From Eledone cirrhosa (taxonomy: Eukaryota): a stretch of 64,000 nt of DNA. This document shows positions 1 through 12,186 of this stretch, one piece after another (position 1 is the stretch's first letter; each line of letters begins with the position of its first letter). The stretch lies in assembly GCA_964016885.1 (NCBI GenBank), contig OZ024745.1, forward strand, positions 109,368,001 to 109,432,000, written 5' to 3'. The translations under genes were made by a program, and so were the position numbers. The notes beneath the pieces are model-generated. The model saw only the letters and a program-made list of their open reading frames with translations, was not told the origin of the DNA and did not search any database.

Positions 1-320
1 GGTGGTGAGAAGGAAAATGAGAAGGATTTTGTGATGATGATGATGATGGTGGTGAGAAGGAAAATGAGAAGGATTTTGTAATGATGATGATGATGATGAT
101 GATGATAAGGATTTTGTAATGATGATGATGATGATGATGATGAGAAGGAAAATGACAAGGATTTTGTAATGATGATGATGATGATGATGATGATGGTGAT
201 GAGAAGGATTTTGTGATGATGATGATGATGATGATGAGAAGGAAAATGAGAAGGATTTTGTAATGATGATGATGGTGATGGTGGTGATAATAATGATGAC
301 GTTGGTGATGGTGGTGATAA
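1..320. repeat. Compound (GAT)n microsatellite with recurring GAGAAGGAAAATGAGAAGGATTTTGT spacer
   Basis: About 5 units of GAGAAGG(AAAATGAGAAGG)ATTTTGT(A/G)ATGAT(GAT)n read directly. Confidence 0.85.
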
Positions 321-2530
321 TGGGTAGAAAGAGGATATGAACAGGAGTGTGAGGGAATAGGACGATATATTACTGATGACAATAATGATGAAGATGAAGA
401 TGATGATGAGCGGATATACTGATGAGGATGAGAAAGAAGGAGATATGATGCTGATGATGATAATGTGAAAGCAAATATAGCGATAATGATGATGATTATG
501 AGAAAATGGAAAAAGAAAAAAAAAGAGGATGCCATGAAAAGAAAAAGACAAAATAAAACAAATAAGTCAAAAAGGACAGGAGAGTGAATGGTTCTGAAGG
601 GGCTGTTCTGTTGAAGGTGTGGGAGAGAGTGATGGTGAGGAATTCATTTTCTCAGGTATACTCACATAACAAGGTAAGCTGATAGTCACCAGGTAAAGAA
701 CTGAAAGTACAGTTGTGTAGAAGAAGGAGGAGGGAAGTTAGAAAGAGGAACAAAGTTCCTGAGATAAACCTGTCCCCACACACATTTTCACCACACACAT
801 TTATATATATATATAATCATACATATACACCTACATCCACCATATCTGCTACCCCAAAGCTGCCCACTCACATACTCTGTATTATATCTGAGTTATATCA
901 GAGTATTTGGTTACAAACAAGAAATTCAAAAGGAAAAACTAAACTAAACCAAACCAAAACAAACAACAACTGATTCCTTATGCTTCATCAAACAGCTGCT
1001 TTCTGTGACATAAGGGAGCATTTATGACAGCTTCCTCTCATTTAGTCTTGGAATCAAGGCACTGAAATGACACACTGATTACTAGCTATCTAGAATATTC
1101 ACGGGGCTTTAACTAGTAGTTTCCTTCTTGAATTTTACAGCTTTCCTCTATATATATTCTATAGAAAATAAATATCTCCAAGAGCCTCAGGGGCAAGTAA
1201 AACTAGTGCTTAGCTCTTAACTTTAACTGGATCAGAGATAGATGTTCCCTTACTCCACTTTATTCTTGGCTAGTTAGTACAGTCTATGGTAAGTAACAGA
1301 CGTAGATGATTTGATACCTATTTATGCACCTACATGAACTGTGATTTATAGTGGTAGAGGTAAGTGTTCTTCCCAGAGAGACAACTCTAAGCTTGCTAAG
1401 AATCTGAATTAAATCAGAATAGATACTCCAATGCTTTAACCTGATAGTTCTCAAATAGTGTACCACAACACTTTGGTGTGTCATCAGAAACGAAGCTAGG
1501 TGTGCCACACAAAAAAAAAAGAATTAAAAAAAAAAAAAAAAAAATATATAAATTATTTTTTTTAAATGCGAAAAATACAAACTTAAATTCTCGATGGAGC
1601 TTCTTGTTTGATATATTGAATAAAGTAAGTAGGTAATAATTCTCAGTATTATATTTTCATATTAAAATATGAAGTGGGTCATAATTAATTTATAAGAAAA
1701 ACCATAGTGATAATAAACCCTATTCCAAAAGTACCGTGCGGGAGGATAGAGACTAAAGACTATGTGGTTGTGAAACAAACATCTTAGCCACACTACAATA
1801 ATTTTGTCTATCATCATGTCTATAAACGCAATAATACACCAATGAAGCCAAATTGCATCAAAATGTGTATGTAAGAACATTAATTCATATAAGCATATAT
1901 TAATCATCAATCGTGTTCCTTCAATTGGTGCTGCCAGTCATTGGGGATGCTACTCTAGATACTTTCATACCTTGATGTTCGGCAGCAGCATCCTTAGGGA
2001 TGGACAGCTAATTTGGTTCTCATCTGACTCTCACTATTAGCTTCATAAACATTTTCAGTCACACCCTGGAAACTGCTTCTGCTGGTAGGCTAAACTTAGT
2101 GAGGGTTTGAAGCTTGGAGATGATATGGGTACCGTCAAAAATTCTAAGGCCCACTGAAATGGCATAATAGACAAACAGTCATGTATATATAGTTACATTA
2201 AACTATCGAAATGTTACCTATTTGCTATTATGTTTAGTTTTGTTTTCTAATCAGTAAGCTGTATATAAAGATTTTCTTTTTATGTTTTTATGTCTATAAA
2301 GGTATGTAACCTAATGGCTAGGTTGTTGGTTCAAGATAAGGTTTGGGGTTCAATTCCCAGACCAGGTATCAGTGAACTAAGATGCAGATAAGGTGGAAGA
2401 GACATTTTTTGAGGCATAATTCTATTGGCATAATTCTATTGCCCTCACTTGTTTATTAAGGAAGGTCTAGATCTTTGCTGCAGAGAGTGAGATTTCTGTT
2501 AACATAGAATGTAAACAAAAAGCACAATAT

Positions 2531-3108
2531 ATCATCATCATCATCATCATCATCATCATCGTTTAACGTCCATATTCCACGCTTGCATGGGTTTGGACGG
2601 GAGTTTTCCCACTTGAGGCAAGAGTGGTTGTCTTGCTCGTATAGGACTGTCTGGCGGGTTTTCTATGGCTGGATGCCCTTCCTAACACCAACCATATTTA
2701 CAGTGTGGAACTGGAAGGTTTTTACTGTGTTACCTACACGGGCACATTACAGCGTGGACTGTGTGTTTTTTGTCGTGACACCTACACGACCTCATTTGTT
2801 TCGGCCTGGATGTTGTGGTACCAACATAACTTTACATTGAAAGGGGTGGTGTGGATGGGGTGGGGGTAGTGGGACGGGGTGTATTTTGTTAGAGGTGCCT
2901 ACTGACTGTAGTAGGTTTTACTTTGTATTTAGGTAAGGCGGGTCTTACTGTGTAGCGCCAAAGATCTCGGTCCAGTGACATTGTCTTGGAGAGGTGTAAG
3001 TGTGTGAGGTCAGAATTTATCAAGTTGTCCCAGGTGTTTCTGGGTCTGCCTACTCCGTGGCTACCGTCTATTTTTATTGCCCTGCACTTTTTTATACAGC
3101 TGTCGTCG
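2531..3108 (-). mobile_element. RTE-clade LINE 3' fragment (ORF2 C-terminus, 3'UTR, (ATG)n tail)
   Basis: ORF 2889..3140(-) reads IKKCRAIKIDGSHGVGRPRNTWDNLINSDL...SLDRDLWR, the GRPRxxW / DRxxWR RTE C-terminal motifs; ends in GGACGTTAAAC(GAT)n. Confidence 0.8.
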
Positions 3109-3860
3109 TATATATATTTTATATACACACAGACACACACATATACACCTGCACATATACAATGAGCTTCATATAGTTTCTGTCAGCCAAATAAATTCCT
3201 TCATAAAACATCAGTTATCTTATGGCTATAGTAGAATGCACTTGTCCACGGTACCATGCAGGGGGATAAAAGTCATGGCTATATATATATATATATATAC
3301 ACACACATACAACCCGTTGAAAATTCTCGCAGTAGAACAACTCTAATCCATGAATATGAATACACCAAGTTACAATCCATTACTATAACAAACATTCAAT
3401 ACAAATATAACTTAACATATGTAATGGATGTGAAATCTGAAACTTTCATATGCTACACACATACAAATTTGAACTCTACAGAAAATATCATCGCATTGCA
3501 TCCCCCATAATACACTAACATATTCGCTTAAAGTGTTTGTATTTTATGTAATACCTTGCCATACAGTACTCATATATGCATAATACATTTGCTTGTTCCA
3601 TTCCTTTATATATCACTAATGCATGTACTATCTCTTTAATTATTAGACTATTCTCTTGTATTATCTGTCGCATGTATTCCACTCTGTGCTTTTAATTTTA
3701 ATTTTAATTTTTAGTTTTTAATTTTAATCTTAATTTGAATTATTGTACTATTCTCGTATAATATATATCTACCCTGTAAACATGAAACTGTTGTCCACAA
3801 CATCAATATATATGTATCTGTATGATTCTTCAGTTGAATAGGAGGTTAATTATATGTACG

Positions 3861-3928
3861 AACATTGATAATGCTCTGAGGACTCCAAGCTTAAGTTTGG
3901 AAGAAACAATTGTCAGCGATTAAATGTT
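3861..3928 (+). ncRNA. Type I minimal hammerhead ribozyme motif, intact core
   Basis: GCT-CTGAGGA(3876-3882); stem II TCCAAGC/GTTTGGA; GAAA(3903-3906); palindromic stem III ACAATTGT; GUC site 3912-3914; then AGC; distal stem I AACATT/AATGTT. Confidence 0.85.
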
Positions 3929-4363
3929 TTAAACATAACTTTGATACTTGTGTAATCTACACACACATATATATATAGAGAGAGATAGATAGATAGATGT
4001 ACATATATAGATATACTAGCACTCTGTCGACTATGAAATCTGCCCGTGGAATTAATGTTCAAGTGGTTGAGCATTCCACAGACATGCATACCCTTAACCT
4101 AGTTCTTTCTCAGGAAGATTCCGTGTGACACAGAATGTGACAAGGCTGGCCTTTGTATATATGTATACACATATATAAATATGTATATACACATATATAA
4201 ATATGTATATACACATATATACACAAATACTTATACATATATATATACATATACACACACACACACAATACTTATACATATATATATACATATACACACA
4301 CACACACATCATATGTATATATATATACATATATACACACACACATATATATATATATATATA

Positions 4364-4701
4364 TCATCATCATCACCATACGTCCACTTTTCCCTGCTTG
4401 CAAGGGTGGGACGGGAACCGATTCTGGCTTGATTTCTACAGCTGGATGCCCTTCCTAACACCAACCTCATTTACAGTGAGGAGTGCTGGGTGCTTTTTTG
4501 CCGTGGCACCTCCACGACCACTTTGCAGTGGAATGATAGGGACCCCAGTACCTATCATCTCATTTCTACAGCTGAGTAAACTAGAACAATGTGAAATAAA
4601 GTGTCTTGCTCAAGGAAACAACACATCACCCGGTCTGAGAATTGAACTCACAACCTTTCGATGGCAAGCCCAATGCTCTAACCACTAAGCCATGCGCCTT
4701 C
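4364..4701 (-). mobile_element. tRNA-derived CORE-like SINE (family S1), full length
   Basis: Minus strand: A box TGGCTTAGTGG, B box GAGTTCAATTC, CORE-like CCTTGAGCAAGACACTT, RTE-like tail and (ATG)n; near-identical to five other copies in the window. Confidence 0.9.
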
Positions 4702-6845
4702 ATATATACTATACACACACAGATGGATGGATAGATAGATAGATAGATATACAGATATGATTTAGAATTATAATTTAATTATATATATTACAAGAGACTA
4801 TTAGCACTACAGTCTGTGTTGTCGTTCAGGAAATGCAAGCTTTTAAGCTCAAACCCTAGCTTATTCCACTTAAAATCAAAATATTGAAAAATTTGTGGAA
4901 AATTACTAAACCTTTTTATATGACATGGTGTATGCTTCAGGGTACAGTGACCTTATTGATTTGAATTGTAAATATATACCTAAAACATATATTGAAATTG
5001 ATATAACAGTTTCTTAAATAGGCTTGTGGCTATATCGTACTTTCAGTACTAATTATAAGAGGAGATGGGGTAAGGAAGCAGTTTAAGTGTTGATATACTT
5101 GGAATAAAGAAGTAAATAATAAAATGAACTGTTAAATATTCTACAAGAATTATCATTTTCATCAAGAGTTATAGGGTGTACTTTGAGAAATGAGGCTTTG
5201 AAAGAAGAAAGATTATATCTTTGGATTTTGGCTGTATCCTTTGATGTCAGGCTAAGAATTGATAAATATCTAAGCTTTTGGAAAATTGAGCAGTCTTCCT
5301 TGAAATTTGATACAGTGCCTTTTGAGTGAAATTAAGATAATTTGAGCATTGTGCTTGATAAAATAAGAAGATTAGTCAATGACACAGCATTTTACAAACT
5401 GGTTTCCATAGCAAAATTGTGTCATAAGAGACTTTACGTCTTAGCATGAGTTGGATTAACTCGTGTGAGTGGACAATTTGCAGTGAAGCAATGACCACTC
5501 TCCTGTGTATTTCAGGGTATTTTTCTATACAGATCAAATATGATGGGTCAATATGATTCTGGATCAGAAGATAAAGCCAAGAATTTAAATAATCTGATTT
5601 TGTACATCTTGGAATTTGGCATTCTGCAATGGATAAGGCTGAAAATATTCTTAACAAATGAATGACTAACATGGAAGAACATTTTCTTTGAGGGACAATT
5701 TTTACAGATGACACAGAATTTAACAGTTTTCTTGCTATGAATTATGTCACAGAAGTTACTCATTTTAATATTCAGTCAGAGTTCATATCTAACAAAGAAA
5801 AATAATATTCACAATAAATTGAATTGTTATTTGAAGTGGAAGAAGTCTACCATTCTCTGTGGAGTTTGATTAAGGTCAAATTTAGTCTGCCATGTGGTAA
5901 ATGCTAATAAGTAAGCTATTAATATGATTGATAGAGCATTGCAAGGAAATATTTGCATAAATGTATGTTGAATTCAACAAAAAGGAACTTTCACATATTT
6001 TTCAGATTGCTCTTAATATCTTGAAATCATTTTTCTTTTCAGCTTTTATTTCATACATGTGTACATACATTGTTTTCATTTTTAAATGTGTAATTTTAGT
6101 TAATTAAATATCTATTAAATTACTACATCAGGGATGTTAGTATGACCACTATCATTATTATGTTTCCATTTTAATGTTATTCACAATCATCTTATATACA
6201 TCTTGCTGTAACTATTAAACTATGGTTAACTAAAGAGCTCCAAAGAGACAGGAACATTTCAAGTATAATAGTGTCCACTTTGATATATATATATATATAT
6301 ATGCTTTGTTTATATATATGTGTGTGTGTGTTCATTATTATTTTATGCCAATTTTCCTAGTCTAGCACAGGTTAGATCGTAAAGGCTTCATAAGAGCTAC
6401 TATCCTTCTGGACAGGTTGAGTGACCATGTCTCATTCAAATGAATTCCATTCTGGCATGGTTTCTATGAATGAAGGACTTTCTTGATGCCAATCACTCAC
6501 AAAGTGTACTGGGTGCATTTTGACACAGTACAATCCTCAGGAAGGTTGTCTTGTTCTTGGCATGATTGAAGAGTCATCTGTGTGTTTATCATCATCATGT
6601 TCATTGTCATTTTAATGTCCAGTTTCCTTGCTAGCAAGGGTCAGATGGGTTTATATAGACCAAGTCAGTACTGAAGTGGAGCGACTGATCTCCCAAGTAA
6701 GCCAGGGATCTGTGTCTTGCTTACAAACAGTCCCTCATTCCATTGAGTGCTCAGGAGAGGTGTGTATTGGGTGCATTTATCATATAAATCACCAACACTA
6801 GGGAGGTTGTCATGCCCTAGACACAACTGAAGGGTCCTCCCGACC

Positions 6846-6884
<39 letters not shown>

Positions 6885-6888
<4 letters not shown>

Positions 6889-7058
6889 AAATCAGAAAGG
6901 ATTCAGTTAGAAACTGGTTAGCCCATTGCTCACCAAAGTACTCGATACTTGGGGTAGTACAGTGTGGTTATATGAAAGAGTCGGGACCCTGATGGCTGAG
7001 CTCTTGCTGTTGTTGAAACGGCAAGAGCTCAGCAGTCGGGGGCCTGACTCCCTTTCAT
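6885..7058 (-). mobile_element. TA-flanked inverted-arm element, family D (3' half of HHR)
   Basis: Imperfect inverted repeat about 6973-7058 containing GAAACGGCAAGAGCTCAGCAGTC; tail homologous to 37064-37181 and 38364-38440; (TA)n on both sides. Confidence 0.7.
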
Positions 7059-7658
7059 ATATATATAAATATTATATACACATGAGCACCTATAAATCAG
7101 TAATTATAGGAAAGATGTTGATGTTTAACACCTATTCTCACCTCTGATCAAGCAGACCTATGATGAGAGGTGTTACAATTATTATCTTTCAATTTTTATA
7201 AAGGATAGTTGAATTTAATTTGATTTAAGAGAGATATGGCTGCTATTTCTAGTAACAAAGTTTCTTCATTGGGTCATTTCTCAGAGTAAAATTTGGTTAA
7301 GTGAAGCCAGTATCAGTTTTATATAAGGAAGAATTTGTTGGGTTCAGTCATGGATGAATAGTTAAGAATTTTGTTCTGAGTTCAGTCTCCCTGCATGATT
7401 TATTAGATAAGTAGCTTCTACCATAATCCCCAGTCGAGCAATATCTTGTGAGCATAGTTTAATAAATGGAAATTGTGCAGTACACCCTGTTGAGTACAGG
7501 ATTATATGTAAGTGAGATGTGATCCCTGGCATGTCTGAGAGATCAATACTTCCAACAATGTACTGTCTTGGTTTGTGATGACCCATCCAACCCATGCTTG
7601 CAGGGAAAACAGACATTAAATAATAATGATGTAATGGTATATATATATATATATATAT

Positions 7659-7926
7659 GTAGGAGGTGAGTTTTATTGTAGTACAATAAAGCAATGCAGA
7701 TATCGGATAAGAAGCACTCTACAGTTTGTAGGACTGGAGTATACATAATATATAAGATATGTTGATTTAAAACTGCACTATCCACAAGTGTTTTTTAGCC
7801 TTCATATCATGTTCTCCTGTTTTATCTGATGAAAACAAATATTATTGCATGATGATGTTTGTTTCTGAAATGCGCATAATAAAATACATGGAACTCCTTT
7901 AACCATCTTTTGATCTTATATATTAT
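7659..7926 (-). mobile_element. TA-flanked HHR element family A, copy 1 (tail on -, inverted 5' part on +)
   Basis: Homologous to 10948-11387 and 13916-14288; orientation switches at about 7758; (TA)n flanks. Confidence 0.85.
7818..7886 (+). ncRNA. Hammerhead ribozyme motif (family A)
   Basis: TGTTTTAT-CTGATGA(7826-7832)-long stem II-GAAA(7867-7870)-TGCGCAT-A-ATAAAATA; stem III palindrome ATGCGCAT; AUA site. Confidence 0.8.
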
Positions 7927-7943
7927 ATATATATATATATATA

Positions 7944-8033
7944 TAGGGTGTTTCCAAAAAATGTATACACATTTTGATTACCTTTGCAGGCAATATTTAT
8001 TAGAATGGTGTATACATTTTGGGGGACACCCTG
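7944..8033. mobile_element. Tc1/mariner-type MITE
   Basis: Terminal inverted repeats (T/C)AGGGTGTYYCCAAAA..TGTATACAC; starts in a TA tract. Confidence 0.65.
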
Positions 8034-8057
8034 TGGATGGATATATATATATATATA

Positions 8058-8644
8058 TTTATTAAAATAACAGATTAAAGTTTAAGCAAAGAATTGCTGC
8101 TTTCACCCTTAACGGGATCTTCTGAAACTAACAAAGTCAATCTGTAAACGCAGAAGTGGATATTTCAAAAACCGTTGCAACCGGAGGAAGACAGGAAGAC
8201 GATACTTTGGTTCGTGGAAACGTTCCCTGGCAAAGAACGGGAAAAAACGAATATAATACGTCATTAATGGGAGCGGTGAAAAACAATTACGCGCAAAAGA
8301 CAAAACCACGTTTATGGTATAAAAGAAGTCGTAGACTAATGTTCTCTTGGGTGGTTCATAGAGACGTTCTCTGGCAATGAACGGAAAAAACGAAGATAAT
8401 ATGTCATATGTGGAGCGTGGAGAACAATTGCACGCAAAGACAAAACCACGTAAATGGTATAGCGGAAGTCGTAGACTAAAATTCTAACTAGGAAACCAAA
8501 TGAATCTCCGCTTCAGAGTTAAGAATAAAGTAAATAAAATACAATGCAGAGGTAATAGAAATTAAATAAATACATACACGCATGCAAATACGTACATACA
8601 CGAGCACTCTTTGGATTTTAGTCTTCAAATTTATTATTATTACT
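8058..8644 (+). mobile_element. TA-flanked HHR element family B, copy 1 (long inverted arm plus short tail)
   Basis: Both termini match those of 16277-16487; internal degenerate direct repeat of about 120-140 bp (8221-8340 vs 8365-8480). Confidence 0.8.
8070..8145 (-). ncRNA. Hammerhead ribozyme motif (family B) with variant core CAGAAGA
   Basis: Minus strand: ACAGATTGA..AGTTT-CAGAAGA-TCCC gttaa GGGT-GAAA-GCAG..TTGC-T-T-AAACT-TTAATCTGT; all three stems pair; U4 replaced by A. Confidence 0.65.
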
Positions 8645-9239
8645 ATATATATATATATACATACTAGTTAGTCAGGGAGGTAAGGGCAGTGATTTTCATC
8701 CTTTTTAGAGTTTTCAAGACTGGAGATGGAGGTATTCAAGACTGGAGATATTCTCAAATCAGAGACCTGATCTAAATGCTTGCAACGCAGCTAAAGGTAC
8801 ACATCTAAAGATACACAACTAAAGGCAGATATCTAAGGTTACACAAAGGCCAAGCAGTAATAATATTAAATGGGATCTACTAGACGAGTAAGACATAGCA
8901 GGATTTGAACTCAGACCACAAAAAGCCAGAACAAATACTTGTTTCTACTTTAGGCACAAAGCCAGCAATTACCCAGTGCATTGCTGGTACTTTATTTTAT
9001 CGACAGAACAAATACTATAAGGTGTCTTGTCTGATACTATTCAGTTCTGTCAATACACTGTCTCGGATTCATTATCAACTCTAAAAAAGGGTTGTCCTCA
9101 GCAAGAATTGAACTCAGTTTTCAGGGAGCTCTATGAATTATTGCAAGGCATTTTTACCCATGTACAACCAAAAGAAAAAAACAAAAACCATCAATTCAAC
9201 ACTATGTGCATCAATTGGTCACACCACAAGGGGCATCGG

Positions 9240-9585
9240 AACCTTCCTCTAATATTTTTTGAGGCAAGTCAACATGCTCACAACAATACCATGGGTGATG
9301 GTATGGCGAAGGTGCTGAAACAACCAAACACCCTCACGGTCATAGCTTGACACCTTGGCAAGGCGAGTCGCTAATGATGACAAGAAATTTGTCAGCTGCT
9401 CAGCTTCCCCAAATGTCTCAAATGCCACTGGCAGGAAGAAATTGTTTACCAATAATTCCTGGTACTTTAGAATTTTATTCCATTCAGCTATGGAAGCAGT
9501 GACTCTCACATTTACCACAGCATCTAAAATGTGGGAGGAAGCAAAAGAGTCACTGACTGTGGTGCCCCAGATGAAACATCTACCT
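9240..9585 (-). mobile_element. CRE/NeSL-type non-LTR retrotransposon relic (restriction-like endonuclease domain)
   Basis: ORF 9249..9518(-): AEWNKILKYQEL..FLPVAFETFG..RE..WLFQHL..TITHG, matching the RLE motif E..K..KY..L / F.P.a.Et.G / fQrls..i.rGN. Confidence 0.75.
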
Positions 9586-9699
9586 TCTAGATAGATGGAT
9601 AGATAGATAATTTCCTAGTAGACCGTGACCTCTGGCGTCACGCAGTAATACAGAGTACCCGACCTCCCATGGGTACAAGCTGAAGCATATAGACAATAT

Positions 9700-9992
9700 G
9701 CCCCCACACCCCCCACTGCAAAATGGTCGTGGAGGTGCCACGGCAAAAAAGCACCCAGCCCACACAGTAAAGTGGACGTGTAGGCACCACGGAAAAAAAG
9801 GCACCCAGCACTCACTGTAAATGAGGTTGGTGTTAGGAAGGGCATCCAGCTGTAGAAATCAAGCCAAAATCAGTTCCTGTATGAGCAAGGCATGGTCCGC
9901 CGACCAGACACTGCCCACAACAGGACAACCCGTCTAACCCATGCTAGCGTGGAAGAACGGACGTAAAACGGTGATGGTGGTGATGATGATGA
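9700..9992 (+). mobile_element. 3' portion of S1-related SINE / RTE tail
   Basis: GGAAGGGCATCCAGCTGTAGAAA block, CCATGCTAGCGTGGAAGAACGGACGTAAAAC end and (GAT)n. Confidence 0.75.
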
Positions 9993-10056
9993 AGGATGCC
10001 TTGCATCCTATGACACTAGCTCTTGATTTTTGTCATTGTTCATTATAATTATACAA

Positions 10057-10250
10057 CACTTGTCTGTCCCTCAAGAAGTCATCCAATCTCATTTCAAATG
10101 TAAGTATCGATTTTGTCTCTACTACTTCGTTAGGCAGTTTGTTCCATATGTTAATCTCTCTGTAGTAGAATGAGTATTTTCTTACTTTAAAGTCTTGCAT
10201 TTAAAAAAAAATAGTTTGTATTTATGCCCCCTAGTCGTAACTTGGTTAAC
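10057..10250 (-). mobile_element. CR1/L2-clade LINE ORF2 C-terminal relic
   Basis: Manual translation TTRGHKYKL...VRKYSFYYREINIWNKLPNEVVETKSILTFEMRLDDFL matches the TRGH / WNxLP / FKxxLD motifs. Confidence 0.75.
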
Positions 10251-10469
10251 ATTCTTTTCAAATAAAATTTGAAACTTCTGAATCAGATTTATTGTACATG
10301 GGGACAAAGAGTGAAACCATCTGGTCTCTTCAATATGATACCATCTAAAATTTATAAAGAATTTCGAAAATATTCAATAACTTGGACAGATTTTGTAATG
10401 TAACTAACTTTCTCATTATTAAGCTGGTGTTTGGAAAATAACTTAAAGTTTCTTACATAGAATTATAAT

Positions 10470-10625
10470 TGTTTCTACTATTGGTACAAGGCCAGAAATT
10501 ATCCAGTACATTACTGGTACTTTATTTTATCGACCCCGTAAGGATGAAAGGCAAAGTTAACCTCGGCGGGATTTGAACTCAGATCTTAAAGGGACGTAAC
10601 TCTATGCTTCAAAGCATGGTGTCAT
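10470..10625 (-). mobile_element. tRNA-derived SINE family S2
   Basis: Minus strand: B box GAGTTCAAATCC, central CTTTGCCTTTCATCCTTACGGGGTCGATAAAATAAAGTACCAG, tail CCTTGT(G/A)CCAA..GTAGAAAC. Other copies at about 8895-9005, 16817-16912, 21338-21447, 21460-21760, 24954-25110(+), 28430-28620, 28652-28830, 34029-34195, 45500-45625(+), 45920-46080. Confidence 0.85.
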
Positions 10626-10916
10626 AGAATTATAATCGAAGCTTTAGATAATCATAAATATAAATACTTCAAAACAACTAGTTTTGTATCATAGAATGAG
10701 GAGCAGTTTCAGGCTGAAAGAGTCATTGGAGAAAGCCTTATCTGTGTATGTGTGTATGGAAATTTACATATGAGTATGTGTGTATGGAATGTGTATGCGT
10801 GTATGGAAATGTGTATGCGTGTATGTAAATTTACATATGAGTATCTGAGATTGTCATTAGATATCACTGATTGAGGGACTATGTAAATTTGTTTGAATGC
10901 ATTTTACTTGGAGATT

Positions 10917-10947
<31 letters not shown>

Positions 10948-11073
10948 GTAGGAGGTGAGTTTTATTGTAGTACAATAAAGCAATGCAGATATCGGATAAG
11001 TAGCACTCTACAGTTTGTAGGACTGGAGTATAAATAATATATAAGATCAAAAGATGGTTAAAAGAGTTCCATG

Positions 11074-11144
11074 TATTTTATTATGCGCATTTCAAAAACA
11101 AATATCATCATGCAATAACATTTGCGTTTTCGTCAGATAAAATA
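11074..11144 (-). ncRNA. Hammerhead ribozyme motif (family A)
   Basis: Reverse complement of 11277-11347; TCGTCAG at 11130-11136. Confidence 0.8.
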
Positions 11145-11276
11145 GGGAGACATGATATGAAGGTTAAAACACACTTGTGAATAGTGCAGTTTTAAATCAA
11201 CATATCATGATTTAAAACTGTTGATTTAAAACTGCACAATTCACAAGTGTGTTTTAACCTTCATATCATGTCTCCC

Positions 11277-11347
11277 TATTTTATCTGACGAAAACGCAAA
11301 TGTTATTGCATGATGATATTTGTTTTTGAAATGCGCATAATAAAATA
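11277..11347 (+). ncRNA. Hammerhead ribozyme motif (family A)
   Basis: TATTTTAT-CTGACGA(11285-11291)-stem II-GAAA(11328-11331)-TGCGCAT-A-ATAAAATA; perfect 8-bp stem I. Confidence 0.82.
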
Positions 11348-11566
11348 CATGGAACTCTTTTAACCATCTTTTGATCTTATATATTATATATATATATATA
11401 TGTATATGTATATATGTGTGTGTGTGTGTGTGTGATTACCTATCACATCTTTGTTTATTAGTTTTGCAATTAACAGTCATTATATATCAAGATAAGGAGA
11501 AAATAATAGGTTACATCACTTGTATGTTGGTATTTATGGAACTGTAAATACACACGTGTGTGTGTG

Positions 11567-11625
<59 letters not shown>

Positions 11626-11790
11626 TACATTATATATATACATATATATATTATTTTACATTACACAGGAGTAAACAAACCAATCTGCATACTGAGGTGT
11701 CGGTAAACAACCAACATATACTCAAAATCTCTATATATGTATATACATATATACATGTGTATATATACATATGTACACACACACACATAT

Positions 11791-12132
11791 ATCATCATTT
11801 CATTTTTTCATTTTACGTCCGCTTTTTCCCTGCTTGCAAGGGTGGGACGGGAACTGATTCTGGCTTGATTTCTACAGCTGGATGTCCTTCCTAACACCAA
11901 CCTCATTTACAGTGAGTGCTGGGTGCTTTTTTGCCGTGGAACCTCCACGACCACTTTGCAGTGGAATGATATGGACCCCAGTCCCTATCATCTCATTTCT
12001 ACAGCTGAGTAAACTGGAGCAATGTGAAATAAAGTGTCTTGCTCAAGGAAACAACACATCACCCGGTCTGAGAATTGAACTCACAACCTTTTGATTGCAA
12101 GGCCAATGCTCTAACCACTAAGCTATGTGCCT

Positions 12133-12134
<2 letters not shown>
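11791..12134 (-). mobile_element. SINE family S1, full length
   Basis: Near-identical to 4364-4701. Confidence 0.9.

Positions 12135-12186
<52 letters not shown>

Larger units (their letters stand above)
10948..11387 (-). mobile_element. TA-flanked HHR element family A, copy 2 (head-to-head palindrome, two ribozyme motifs)
   Basis: Arms 11034-11205 and 11219-11387 are near-perfect reverse complements; unique tail 10948-11033 ends (minus sense) AATAAAACTCACCTCCTAC(AT)n. Confidence 0.9.

Noticed and set aside
1455-1495. Minus-strand CTGATGA followed by a small hairpin
   Set aside because: No GAAA after the hairpin and no stem III or NUH.
4630-4701. tRNA gene
   Set aside because: A/B boxes belong to the SINE head; no complete cloverleaf, and the sequence continues into the CORE-like body in all copies.
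6990-6996. CTGATGG as a hammerhead core box
   Set aside because: It is the diverged reverse complement of the right arm (stem III/stem I junction), not an independent core.
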